Made by a program: the position numbers and the translations under genes. The notes beneath the pieces are model-generated. The model made no database searches and was not told the DNA's origin. It worked only from the letters and a program-made list of their open reading frames with translations. Below are positions 1 through 10,100 of a stretch of 64,000 nucleotides of DNA, piece by piece (positions within the stretch are counted from its first letter, which is position 1; each line of letters starts with the position of its first letter). Origin of the DNA: an uncultured Hyphomicrobiales bacterium (GTDB lineage: Bacteria; Bacteroidota; Ignavibacteria; Kapaibacteriales; UBA2268); contig CAZSWR010000003.1 in the NCBI GenBank assembly GCA_964610885.1, positions 29,770 to 93,769 on the forward strand, given 5' to 3'.

Positions 1-834
1 CTCAATTTTTCCTTTTACGCATTCATGTTTCGAGATAGGAATACTCAATCGCTCATATATATCTACGTATTCGTTGTAGCGCAGCCTGCTTTGCGGTTGG
101 ATGGAATTGTCGATGAAACGCCATTTCGAATCGGAAAACCTCAGAAAGTTAAAGCAAGTGATAGATTTGTCCAAATTCGCAAAGTGGTCAGTCATATCGA
201 TACCGTGGGACATAATTCCATTTTTCTTTTTCACAACTCGCTTGAATTCGGCAAGTATAGGCACTAAAATATCGGGATAGATATGTTCGAATGTATTATT
301 CGAATGCACTAAATCGATGGAATCATCAGGCAAAGAGAGTGATCGGGCATCCTCCACCTTGTAAACTATCCTGAGCCTTTCGAGTATTCCATCGAGCGAA
401 AGTGTATCGAATTCTTCATAGATGGCATGTAGCTCATCCATTCTTTCTTCTTTGATTCTAATAAGTTCTTTCAACTTACCAGTTTTTTCTGCAATAAAAA
501 ACTTTTCCAAAGCAATTCTAATCCTATCTTTCGAGGTCAGAAAAGAAATATCAACCGAATAAATCACATTCGCTCCCGAAAGGAAGTTAGCTATCGGCAC
601 AACCGGATACCAACCAGTACCGATTTCTAAACATACATCTGGAAAATCAAGATTGGTAAACTCACTATACGATTTCAGATGCATTGCCCCGCTATTCAAT
701 CGATCATAGAAATACTGATCGTCAAGATATACAGCCTTAGTAATAAACTTTTGAAATAAATAGTTGATTTTATGCTTAAAGGGCATAAACGAAGTAATTT
801 TTTGCACAATGGCTTTCAGTATCCACAATTTCAT
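1..834 (-). CDS. class I SAM-dependent methyltransferase; the C-terminus lies beyond the window edge
   Basis: Absent from the ORF track because there is no stop in the window. My reverse-strand translation from ATG 834-832 stays open to base 1 (278 codons): MKLWILKAIVQK...VCLEIGTGWYPVVPI (SAM motif I-like)...SIDLVHSNNTFEHIYPD. Confidence 0.7.
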   Translation of the reverse strand, partial: MKLWILKAIVQKITSFMPFKHKINYLFQKFITKAVYLDDQYFYDRLNSGAMHLKSYSEFTNLDFPDVCLEIGTGWYPVVPIANFLSGANVIYSVDISFLTSKDRIRIALEKFFIAEKTGKLKELIRIKEERMDELHAIYEEFDTLSLDGILERLRIVYKVEDARSLSLPDDSIDLVHSNNTFEHIYPDILVPILAEFKRVVKKKNGIMSHGIDMTDHFANLDKSITCFNFLRFSDSKWRFIDNSIQPQSRLRYNEYVDIYERLSIPISKHECVKGKIE

Positions 835-1461
835 GTTTATTGTTTGAATTATGCAACATCCACAATACTGTTATTTCGATTGTTGCCATGCAAGAAGTTT
901 TCTGTTTCTCTGAGTCGATTTACTATAGCGACTCCTCCGAAAGGCTCAGGAAATGATGCAAAACAACCGTATGCAAATATAAGATATTATGGATTATTTT
1001 CGCAAGGAATAATATCAATCGCTATTTACAGTAGCTGTTTTTTGAACAAAAAAAGTGGTTCTATATCGGACACTGTGGGAGTTCGAATTAATTACTCCAA
1101 TCACGAGATTAATCATCGTAATGAAATTCTCAATATTTCAACAACTCCCTAGTATTACCTCTCCATAGTTTTCCATTGTAGGGTATTGTTGCCATCTTCA
1201 ATTAGTACCGCGTAAAACTCACATCGAATCCTCTTCTGCGGGGCAAGGTCTTTTTCGCCAATTGCCCTCTGGGAGACACTTCTGAAAACTCAGTGACCGC
1301 TAAGGGCGAGGGTTCCCAAGGAAATTCGATAATTTTTATGAGTTTGGGGCTAATATCAATACTAAAAATACTACTAACCCCTACTAACAAGAGAGGTTAG
1401 GTGGTGTGTCAAATATAAATTGATTCATGGTTGACTTGAACTGTATCCATGAAAAAGGTTA

Positions 1462-2040
1462 TTATTTCTTGCCAGCCAAGAACTGCTCGTATTGTTTGCG
1501 GTATTCGGCAGCGTATTTGATGTAATTGGGAGGCGTATTCACGATTCGTTCGATTTCCTTGTCCGTCAGTTCGCGAATCACCTTCCCGGGCACCCCGGCG
1601 ACGAGCGAACGCTCCGGCACCTCGAAGCCCTCGCGGACGACAGCGCCGGCCGCAATCAAGCAGTATGGATTGACGATCGCCCCGTCCAGTACGCTGGCGC
1701 CGATGCCGATCAGCGAGAATTGCTTGATCGTGGCGCCGTGCAGCGAGACCGAATGCGCAATCGAGACGTCGTTCTCGATCACGAGCGGGTACTTGCCGTT
1801 GGTTACGTGGAGCATCGAAAGGTCTTGGATATTCGACCTGTCGCCGATTTTGATATAATGCACGTCCCCGCGGATAACCGTGTTGTACCAAACGGAAACT
1901 TGTTCGCCGATTTCCACATCGCCGATGATTCGCACTCCCTCGCAAAGGAATGCCGATGGATGTATCTTGGGCATGATGCCTTTATATGCCAGTATCGATG
2001 CGCCGTTTCCGGTTTCGCACCTAATTTCTTGAGTATTCAT
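1462..2040 (-). CDS. gamma-carbonic-anhydrase-like hexapeptide-repeat protein (YrdA/PaaY family)
   Basis: 192 aa with left-handed beta-helix hexapeptide repeats (IGDVEIGEQVSVWYNTVIRGD, VSIAHSVSLHGATI, IGIGASVLDGAIV). ATG start at 2040. Confidence 0.85.
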   Translation of the reverse strand: MNTQEIRCETGNGASILAYKGIMPKIHPSAFLCEGVRIIGDVEIGEQVSVWYNTVIRGDVHYIKIGDRSNIQDLSMLHVTNGKYPLVIENDVSIAHSVSLHGATIKQFSLIGIGASVLDGAIVNPYCLIAAGAVVREGFEVPERSLVAGVPGKVIRELTDKEIERIVNTPPNYIKYAAEYRKQYEQFLAGKK

Positions 2041-2097
2041 ACTTCTTTTCCAAAGCCAATCGTTAAAAAAACACTAACTTTTCGAAATAATTGCAAA

Positions 2098-2877
2098 TTA
2101 TTTCTTCACATATTTTCCGGCCGAAAACGAGTAATGTTCGGTCTTGTTCATATCGATCAATTTTTGTGATTCGCTGTCGTATTGGTTTCCGGTGGTTTTA
2201 ATCACAAGGTCGTACCAACCGTCCTGCGTGCGTTCGAATTTGTAATCGGATTTGAACTCCCATTCCTGGTCGTCTGTGCCGCCGTCGTCGTTTGCCGTGA
2301 TGAAGTGAATCGCTTCGGTGAAGGCATTTTTGTAGTACGTGTACACCAAGGCGTACTCGGCATTTGTTTCGTCCACGCCGGTGAAAATGATACCGAATTC
2401 GCCATTTGTCCCAAGTTCGATCGTCTTGACCGGATCGCATGTGCCCTCCGAGCCGATTTCGCTAAGGTAGTAGTCCTTGGATTCCAATCGCCATTTCCCG
2501 TCGGTTTTAGCAAAGACGAAGCACGAGACGAAAGGCGCGCAATCGCTTTCCTTCGTGTTCGATGCCGTAACGAGAACGAGCTTCTCTGTGCCGGCCGATT
2601 TTATTGTCTCGAACAATTCAATCGAAGTGTAGAGTTTGCTTTTCCCGGCGAATTTGGCAACTTCCTTTTCGTCCTTGAGGAAATCGGCTTGCCATTCGGT
2701 CGATTCTTTCTTGCCGAAAGTGCCGAAAAACAGCTTCATGGCAACTTCCTCTGTGGGCTTCTCGGCCGAAACGAAATCTTCCGGTTTGGCGAATTGAGAC
2801 AGGTCCACGTCCTGCTTCTTCGAACACGAAACAATGGCGAGCGCCAGCATTAAATATAAGAAAAGGTATCTTTTCAT
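2098..2877 (-). CDS. hypothetical lipoprotein
   Basis: 259 aa with a lipobox-type signal peptide (MKRYLFLYLMLALAIVSC|SKK). No recognisable catalytic motif. Confidence 0.7.
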   Translation of the reverse strand: MKRYLFLYLMLALAIVSCSKKQDVDLSQFAKPEDFVSAEKPTEEVAMKLFFGTFGKKESTEWQADFLKDEKEVAKFAGKSKLYTSIELFETIKSAGTEKLVLVTASNTKESDCAPFVSCFVFAKTDGKWRLESKDYYLSEIGSEGTCDPVKTIELGTNGEFGIIFTGVDETNAEYALVYTYYKNAFTEAIHFITANDDGGTDDQEWEFKSDYKFERTQDGWYDLVIKTTGNQYDSESQKLIDMNKTEHYSFSAGKYVKK

Positions 2878-2936
2878 TTCAAACGTCCTTAATCAATATC
2901 ATCAATTTATCAAATGTTCCTTGTCGTAGCCGCCAC

Positions 2937-4169
2937 CTACCATGGCAGAAGTTTGTTCAGGAATGTGTCGTCCACCTTGGCCATGAATAGCTTCTCGGAG
3001 CCGCCGAAGACGAACGATCCGTCCACGTCCACTTGCGGACTGAGCAGCAAAGCATCGCCGGAGGTCAGCGTTACTGTGTTCCCAAGCGTCCCGTCCCGCT
3101 TGACGGTATAAAGGCCGGCGACGCCACCTTTGGAGGCAACGAGCGCGAGCTTCTTTTTGCTGATGTAGAGCGGCGAGTGCGCCGTCATTTCCAGATACAA
3201 TTTCCAGTTTTCTTTCCCATCCTTATCGAAGGAAAACACTCCCGAAAGTGGATTGGCAGTGGTGGTGCTGACGCCGACGCAATAAACGTTTTGCTTGGAG
3301 TCCGCCGAGACGAATTTGGGCATCACGTCGATCGAGGAGCGCCACAGCTGGCGGCCGTCCGTGGAATACGAGGCCACGAAGCTGCGTTTCTCGCGTTGGG
3401 CGTCCAATTGCGAACCGCACACAAAGAGCCTGTCCTCCGATAGTATCGCGCCGCTGAGCAACCGAAGGCCGTCGGTGGCCCATTTCTGGAGAATTTGGCC
3501 GGCGGGGGACACCTTCGCGATCGTATCGGATTGAGAAAAGTCGTTGCATGTATAGCCCACGTAGAGATTCCCCTTCTCGTCGGCCGGGAAGCTTTCGGAA
3601 ATCTCTTTGCCGAGCGAGAGCGTCCAGACGTTCGATCCGGCGAAAGACACCTTCTGGAGCAATCCGTCGGTGTTTCCCACGACGATGCCGTCCTCGGTCT
3701 TCAGCAAGTTCCCAAAGAGAGTCATCGGCGACGGGTCGCAGAGCTTGTATTTCCAATTGAGTTTGCCGATTGGGCTGACCGAATAAAGGTATCCGTTCGA
3801 TAGTACGACATAGATATTATTGTTGTCGTCCGAACACATTTTCCCAATCGGGAAGGCAGCAGTATCGAGCCGTATTTCCCAATTGGTTTCGTATAGCTTG
3901 CCAATTGCCACAATCGAAGCGCGCTCGGTCGCGAAGGCGATCATCGTGTCGCAGACGACCAAGGGCGGAATCTGCGCACCGCTTACGTCGGTGGTTGCGA
4001 ATTGGTACGGAAAGAGTTTGTAGCAATAGAAGGTGCCACAGGATTCGTAATTGTTCTCGCGTGTGGCTCCGCCGTCTGTGTTACCATGGAAATCCATGCG
4101 CGAATTCCCGCAAGACGAAACGAGGGCCATGCAAAGGAAGGCAGCAATAATGTAAGTATATTTTTTCAT
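2937..4169 (-). CDS. PQQ-like/BamB-like beta-propeller lipoprotein
   Basis: 410 aa with signal peptide plus Cys (AAFLCMALVSSC|GN). Repeated ~40-aa blades (NIYVVLSNGYLYSV, GNLYVG, DRLFVCGS, QNVYCVG, GSFVFGG). Confidence 0.65.
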   Translation of the reverse strand: MKKYTYIIAAFLCMALVSSCGNSRMDFHGNTDGGATRENNYESCGTFYCYKLFPYQFATTDVSGAQIPPLVVCDTMIAFATERASIVAIGKLYETNWEIRLDTAAFPIGKMCSDDNNNIYVVLSNGYLYSVSPIGKLNWKYKLCDPSPMTLFGNLLKTEDGIVVGNTDGLLQKVSFAGSNVWTLSLGKEISESFPADEKGNLYVGYTCNDFSQSDTIAKVSPAGQILQKWATDGLRLLSGAILSEDRLFVCGSQLDAQREKRSFVASYSTDGRQLWRSSIDVMPKFVSADSKQNVYCVGVSTTTANPLSGVFSFDKDGKENWKLYLEMTAHSPLYISKKKLALVASKGGVAGLYTVKRDGTLGNTVTLTSGDALLLSPQVDVDGSFVFGGSEKLFMAKVDDTFLNKLLPW

Positions 4170-4276
4170 AGTAACATTGCTTGGTTCAATTGTTTAACAA
4201 ATTCCAATTGCGAATAAAACTTTTCTTGTCAATTTTCAATTAATTGGGGCCATTTTGTCCGCCAGCTGTAGCCTGA

Positions 4277-5362
4277 TTATTTGTTGCGGAACAGCCGAAG
4301 GCCGCAAAATGCGCTCGAAGTGTCCTCGGCCAGCCTGGCGGGCAGCCGGCAAGCGAGCATCCCTTCGGAATACGAGCCTCCGCGGCTAACCCTGCGGCCG
4401 CCAGTGGCCGGGCCTTGCGGGTCCGTGGCGGGCGAGGCCGCATAGTAAGTCTCCGAATACCAATCCCAGCAATACTCGCGCACATTCCCGTGCACGTCGT
4501 ACAAACCGAATGCGTTTGCCGCTTTCTGGCCGCCGCGCTTCAGCAATCCGCCCGAATTGCCCGAATACCAGCCCATATCGGCAAGCAAGCCCGAGCCGGC
4601 GAAATCCTCGGCGGAACCAGCTCTGGCGACGTATTCCCATTCGGCCTCTGTGGGCAGCCGGAATCCGTTGGCCGTGTCGATGAATTCAACTTTCGACCCA
4701 TTTATTTCGTAGCAAGTGTCGTAACCGTATATCTTCGAGATGGCATTGCAGAACCTGATCGCGTCCGCCCAAGCAATGGAAGCAACGGGGAGCGATTCGT
4801 CGTATTGCGCCACGGGTTTGGTGCGCATCACGCGCCACCACAGTCCTTGGGGCACTTCGAGCGCGCTCGCGAAAAATGGCTTGCTGATCGATACGCTATG
4901 GACGGGCATTTCGCCGGCCAGCCCTGCTTTGCTGCCCATCTGGAAGCTGCCAGCGGGGATTTCGACCATCGCGAACGGAGGCAAAGGGATTATTTCGAGG
5001 AAGCGTTTCTTCGTGGTGTCGCGCCCGATAACGATGCAGACGCTGTCTGATGCGATTGTGTCCGCAAGAGCGACGCGGACGATTGCGTCCGTCCAAGTGC
5101 GGCACTGCGCCGAAGGAATCGGAACCGAACCAACCAAAACGAAGCTCGAATCGGAACGAAGCCCGAAACCAGTTCCATATATGACTAATTCATCGCCACG
5201 GACCAATGTGTCTGCGCCCAATCCATAAATTTCCAATCCGCCGGGAGTTTGCAGCGTTTCGTCGTTGCATCCCGAGGACAGCCACGCGAGAAGGGCGAAA
5301 GCCAATGTGGCGACAATATTTCTTAAAATACTCATTTTGCTTTTTGTAAATGGACTTTTCAA
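4277..5362 (-). CDS. formylglycine-generating-enzyme (SUMF1/FGE-sulfatase) domain lipoprotein with an N-terminal IPT/TIG-like domain
   Basis: 361 aa with lipobox LSSGC|ND. FGE-family motifs: VEIPAGSFQMGS, RLPTEAEWEYVARAG, VHGNVREYCWDWY, RVSRGGSY. Confidence 0.8.
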   Translation of the reverse strand: MKSPFTKSKMSILRNIVATLAFALLAWLSSGCNDETLQTPGGLEIYGLGADTLVRGDELVIYGTGFGLRSDSSFVLVGSVPIPSAQCRTWTDAIVRVALADTIASDSVCIVIGRDTTKKRFLEIIPLPPFAMVEIPAGSFQMGSKAGLAGEMPVHSVSISKPFFASALEVPQGLWWRVMRTKPVAQYDESLPVASIAWADAIRFCNAISKIYGYDTCYEINGSKVEFIDTANGFRLPTEAEWEYVARAGSAEDFAGSGLLADMGWYSGNSGGLLKRGGQKAANAFGLYDVHGNVREYCWDWYSETYYAASPATDPQGPATGGRRVSRGGSYSEGMLACRLPARLAEDTSSAFCGLRLFRNK

Positions 5363-5691
5363 TTAAATGGAAACATTATAACGTTTTCAAACGAAGCCCT
5401 GCCGCTTCTTTTGAAATACAGCTCCGGTGCGGATTTTCAAACCAATATTTTGATGGGCCGAACCCGCCGCCCACAAGCTTTTTGCGAATTAATTCCAGCT
5501 TGGAAACTGTACCAAAGTTGAAATTAAACCAACTTCAAATATAAAAAAAAAAGCAATAGGGCGCTCTCGGCCGGCGCCACTTAATCTTATGAGCTTCAAT
5601 ATCGTTATGAAACAAGGCAAAAGGCAGACATGGAAACACGAGCAAAACGCAATGTTTTTGATAATGTGATGATTAGCAGATGTGGCGATTA

Positions 5692-5760
5692 GACTCATCC
5701 GATGACTCTTGGAATATCCATTCGACATTGACTCGATAATTTGGTAGTCATCGGATGAGT
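5692..5760. repeat. family 1: ~68-bp element with ACTCATCCGATGACT / AGTCATCGGATGAGT terminal inverted repeats
   Basis: gactcatccgatgact...agtcatcggatgagt. The conserved core is cttttggaat.tcat...taattgag.ttgttacg. Confidence 0.85.
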
Positions 5761-5773
5761 TGCTTACGAATTG

Positions 5774-5950
5774 ATACCGCGTTAGCGGTTGTTGTGTTGT
5801 AGAAATTAGTTTCCCCGTGCAAGTCATACAGCGTAGCGGTTGTTTTATAAAACTCCGATTGAATCAACCAAACAAATAGAACATTCGCTACGCGAAATCA
5901 CTACTAAAAAATCAAGATTTAGCTACAATATAACAACCGCTACGCGGTAT
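5774..5950 (+). repeat. family 5: ~177-bp element with ~28-bp TIRs (ATACCGCGTTAGCGGTTGTTGTGTTGTAG / CTACAATATAACAACCGCTACGCGGTAT)
   Basis: Also carries internal sub-repeats cagcgtagcggttgttttat and acattcgctacgcgaaatcac. Confidence 0.8.
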
Positions 5951-5985
5951 AATGCAATATCGATTTACATGTCTTTCGCTTTTTC

Positions 5986-6663
5986 TCAGAGTTCGGCGCA
6001 TTTCATCAGGAAGTGGTAGAGCTTTGCGTTGAATTGCATCGAGTCGGCGATTCGGTTGGCGAGGTCGGGCGAGAAGAAGCTGGCATCGATACGGCCGGAA
6101 GTGCCAGTGTAAAGATTCTTTTTCTGGAGCCAGGGCGCGAGCTTATCGCCGTGGCGGTTGGGCATTTTCTTCTTGTATTCCTCGCCAAAGACTTTGTATT
6201 CGCTGTGGTTTTCGAATGGGGCGACGATCGAGGCGAACTCTTCGGGGTGCGTATCGATGCTGTAGCGGTAGCGTTCCATGAAATCAGGCGTTGCGGCGTA
6301 GAAGCCCATTCCGAATTGGTATTCCTCGGGCGTGAAGTAGAAATAGAACTCCGGCACCATGGCCCATTGCTTTTTCGGGCGGCGGAACGAAACCCAGGCA
6401 TTGGTGCGGTAGGGCGTCTTGTCGCGCGAGAATCGTATGTCGCGATAGATTCGAGAGATTGTTTTGTTGACTGCCGGAGCGGTCTCGACAAGTTCGTCGA
6501 TTGCCTTGGCTTGTGGCCCGAGCGCCGTGGCCAGCCCGCGCAGAGGCCCGAGCACGTGCGTTTCGTATTCGCCCTTGTGCGTCTCGAACCAGTCTTTGTT
6601 GTTGTTGGCGGAGAGATTCTCGAAGAATTTAATTGAATTGGGAGTAAAGCCAGAAAACAGCAT
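5986..6663 (-). CDS. DUF2461 (TIGR02453) family protein
   Basis: The N-terminus FTPNSIKFFENLSANNNKDWFETHKGEYE and IYRDIRFSRDKTPY are typical of DUF2461. The track starts at a GTG (6675); the ATG at 6663 is more likely. Confidence 0.75.
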   Translation of the reverse strand: MLFSGFTPNSIKFFENLSANNNKDWFETHKGEYETHVLGPLRGLATALGPQAKAIDELVETAPAVNKTISRIYRDIRFSRDKTPYRTNAWVSFRRPKKQWAMVPEFYFYFTPEEYQFGMGFYAATPDFMERYRYSIDTHPEEFASIVAPFENHSEYKVFGEEYKKKMPNRHGDKLAPWLQKKNLYTGTSGRIDASFFSPDLANRIADSMQFNAKLYHFLMKCAEL

Positions 6664-6796
6664 AATCAACCACACAATAATTTGAAATAACTACGCAAAG
6701 ATACTCAAAAATTTGGTGAATATGGGCAAAGAGATTGGAAGAAAAAATTGGTTCTGTAACGCTTTGTGTGTGAAAATTGTTCAGGCCCTTCTATTA

Positions 6797-6864
6797 CTCA
6801 TCCGATGGCTCCCGGGGTTATTCATTCGTATTTGACTCCTTACTTCTGTGGTCATCGGATGAGT
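6797..6864. repeat. family 1 copy
   Basis: actcatccgatgg...gtcatcggatgagt. Confidence 0.8.
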
Positions 6865-7190
6865 TTACAAGCACTATGAAGACTGCGCCCACACAGAGCA
6901 GCTGAGTTTTGCAACATATTACCATCCAATACCAATTAAATGCCTTGAAAGTCAGTACTGCCAAGGCCTACGGGCGTGGCCACCAGACAAAGTTCAAATA
7001 TGATATTAATCAAGAGGTAAATTATCGGAAAAAATTTTCTAAAACTTAATAATATCTTTTGCATATATACTTATTTATAACGTAATTTGGATGTTTGAAT
7101 AAATGAAAAATTTGAATTAATTCTGTATAGGATTTCATAAATTTTGGAAACGCATTATTTCATTTGTTAAACTATACAACAGGAGTGCAA

Positions 7191-10100
7191 ATGCACTTTA
7201 AGAAACTATTTTTCATGCTCAGTATTATAGTGCTCGCAGCCGTTTCGGCCTTTGGCCAGACGCACCCTACAGCATATAACCTGAGCGGCGGCAGCTATAA
7301 TTTCAATAGCTGGCTGGGCACGAACCTTTCCGGAACCTACCCACCCAATATGATGTTCCACAGAACAGGCGGAACTACCGACCCGGTAGTTACAACGGCA
7401 ATGGTCGCCGACTACACTCGCGGATATGCCGAAGCGTCCTATGGCCGTATCTATGGCGATGGCGACAATGGCTTTTCGTTTATTAACTCCGGTACCAATG
7501 CCACAGGCCCATACCTTGGCGCCGCAGTCCTTGCGCTGAATACGACAGGCTGCACGAACATCCAAATCGGCTGGACCGGCAGGACAGTAGCCATCGGAAC
7601 GGGCCGCCCCTACGTGGTGCGTTTGGAATACCGCGTCGATACAACCGCCGATTGGTTGGACATGCCCACGACCTCTATGTATGCCGCAACAGGCATACTT
7701 GGTGACTTTACAGTTATGCCCACGGTTACCCTTCCCGCATCTGCCGAGAACCAAGCTTATGTCGAAGTTCGTTGGCACTATTATCAGAATGCCGCAACTG
7801 GATCAGGCAGCCGTCCGCGCATTGGTGTCGATGACATCACCGTTTCGGCCACTGTCGCTTCGGCTCCTGTCGTTACGACTTCAACCGCCACGGGTACAGC
7901 GACTCAAATCACTACCGGCGGAAACGTTACAAATGGCGGCTCTGCCCCCGTTACCGCTCGCGGCGTCTGCTGGGGAACTGCTGTTAACCCCGAAATCACC
8001 GGAGACCACACAACTGACGGCGCAGGCACTGGCGAATTCACGAGTACGATCTCTGGCCTTACGCCCAATACAGTTTATCACGTCCGCGCGTACGCAACCA
8101 ATTCAGTTGGCACTTCGTACGGTAGCGACGTTACCACAAGCACCGGCGGAGCAATTCCGCCGAGCGTCATAACGGCACAGCCTACAGCAACAGCGACAAC
8201 AATTGAAACCGGCGGCAACGTTACCGCAATCGGCTCGTCGGCTGTAACGGCCCGCGGCGTCTGCTGGGGCACTGCCACCGCCCCGACAATTTCCGGGAAT
8301 CACACAACTGACGGCGCAGGTTTAGGCAACTATTTCTCGACAATCACCGGCCTAACTCCCTCGACAACATACTATGTACGCGCCTATGCTACATCTGCCG
8401 ACGGAACCGCTTACGGTTTTGAATACACAATTGCCACACTTGCCCCGCAACCCCCGACGGTTACTACCACTGCCGGAGTCCCCACGGCAACAACGATCGT
8501 TACAGGCGGCAACGTTACCAACGAGGGTACTACTCCCGTTTCGGCTCGTGGCGTCTGCTGGGGCACGGCCACCGGCCCGACGATCGCAGGCAACCACACG
8601 ACAGACGGCACCGGAGCCGGCGTGTTCACAAGCACAATCAGCGGATTGAGTCCGGTAACTACGTATTACATTCGCGCTTATGCAACGAGCGCCTCCGGCA
8701 CATCCTACGGTAGCGAAATCACCGTGAAAACGGCTGTTGGCGCGTACGACCTCTTCGCATCGGAATACAACATGGTTTATTGGGACAGCCTTGCCCTGGC
8801 CGGATCGTATCCGCCATCGATGATCTTCCGCTGCACCACAGCTGTGGATCCGGGACTTGCCAACGAAATGAACAAGGACTGGACTCTCGGATATAATCTG
8901 AAAACCGGTACAAGAATCAACGGCTTGCTCGATAGCGGTTTTTGCTTTGTCAATACAGGCAGCTCGAACGCGGGCGGCGGCTGGCTCGGCACAGCAGAAC
9001 TTTCGCTGAACACTACCAATTGCGCCAATATCGTGGTTAATTGGGTGGGCGGCTTCATGGACCTTAGCAGCTCATCGACACGCGACTGGCGAATCCGTCT
9101 GCAATACAAAGTCGGAACAACCGGCACGTACAACGACGTGATGGACGCAAACGGCCAACCCGTCGAATATAGCTACGACACATATATTAACAACAACAAC
9201 TGGGCTTCGCTACCGCGCGACTCGAAACAGCTCGCCGGCACTTTGCCCTTCGACGCAGAGAACCAGCCCTACGTCGTTGTTCGCTGGAAATTCTACCAAA
9301 AATCGTCAATAGCAGGCGGCGCACGCCCACGAATGAGAATCGATGATATCAACATCACTCGCCAATCCACAGTTGGGACGCCCACCAAGCTCACAATCAC
9401 AGCCGTTACGCCCGAGAAACCAATGACGGGCCTTCCTTTCTCGATTACTGTGAGAAGTACGGACGCCACCGGCGCACCGAAAAATGTTTCGCAGGCCACC
9501 ACGGTAACCCTCTCGAAAACTATCGGCACAGGCAACCTGATGGGCACGCTCACAGGAACAATCCCCGCCGGGCTTAACTACGTGGTGTTTAACAATCTGA
9601 CCTACGAAACCGCCCAGGCAATTACAGTGCGCGCAGACGCATCGCTTGGCGACGTGCTCGGATTCGCCACCAAACAAATCACCGTACTTGCCAAACCGAC
9701 TGTTGCTCTCAACATCTATCCGAAGGGCCACGTCGGAATCGCATTGCCCACCTTCACGGTCGAAGCTCGCAAGGCAAATGCAGAAATCGAAACAAATTAC
9801 TCGAACTACGACGTTACTATCACGAAAGTCTCCGGCCCAGGCAATATCACGGGCGTGATGACCAAGAAAGCCCAGAACGGCGTTGCTTCGTTCGATGGCT
9901 TGGTGTTCAGCGCAGCCGGCTCGTACGTTATTCGCGCAAGCGCACAATTCATTGGCGACGCACCGGATCAGGAAATCGTTATCAACGCAGCTCCTACGCT
10001 GGGCGAGATTATCATTCCGCGCTTCGCTAAGGGCGTCGGGAACGTCGATGAAGTCGATGAAAACAACAGCACACGAGTCCCCACTTATGCACTTGTTACT

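Noticed and set aside
772-1152. A 126-aa plus-strand ORF in the gap after the partial methyltransferase gene. Other small ORFs lie at 1202-1390, 13170-13373, 36660-36884, 49007-49195, 49420-49632 and 57960-58157.
   Set aside because: These ORFs lie in AT-rich or repeat-derived DNA. They have no RBS or signal features, and several are translations of the repeat families.
5774-5950. The internal segment of the 177-bp TIR element appears inverted between the two copies, which suggested an invertible DNA switch.
   Set aside because: Because the termini are inverted repeats of each other, a whole-element insertion in the opposite orientation gives exactly the observed pattern. No site-specific inversion needs to be invoked.
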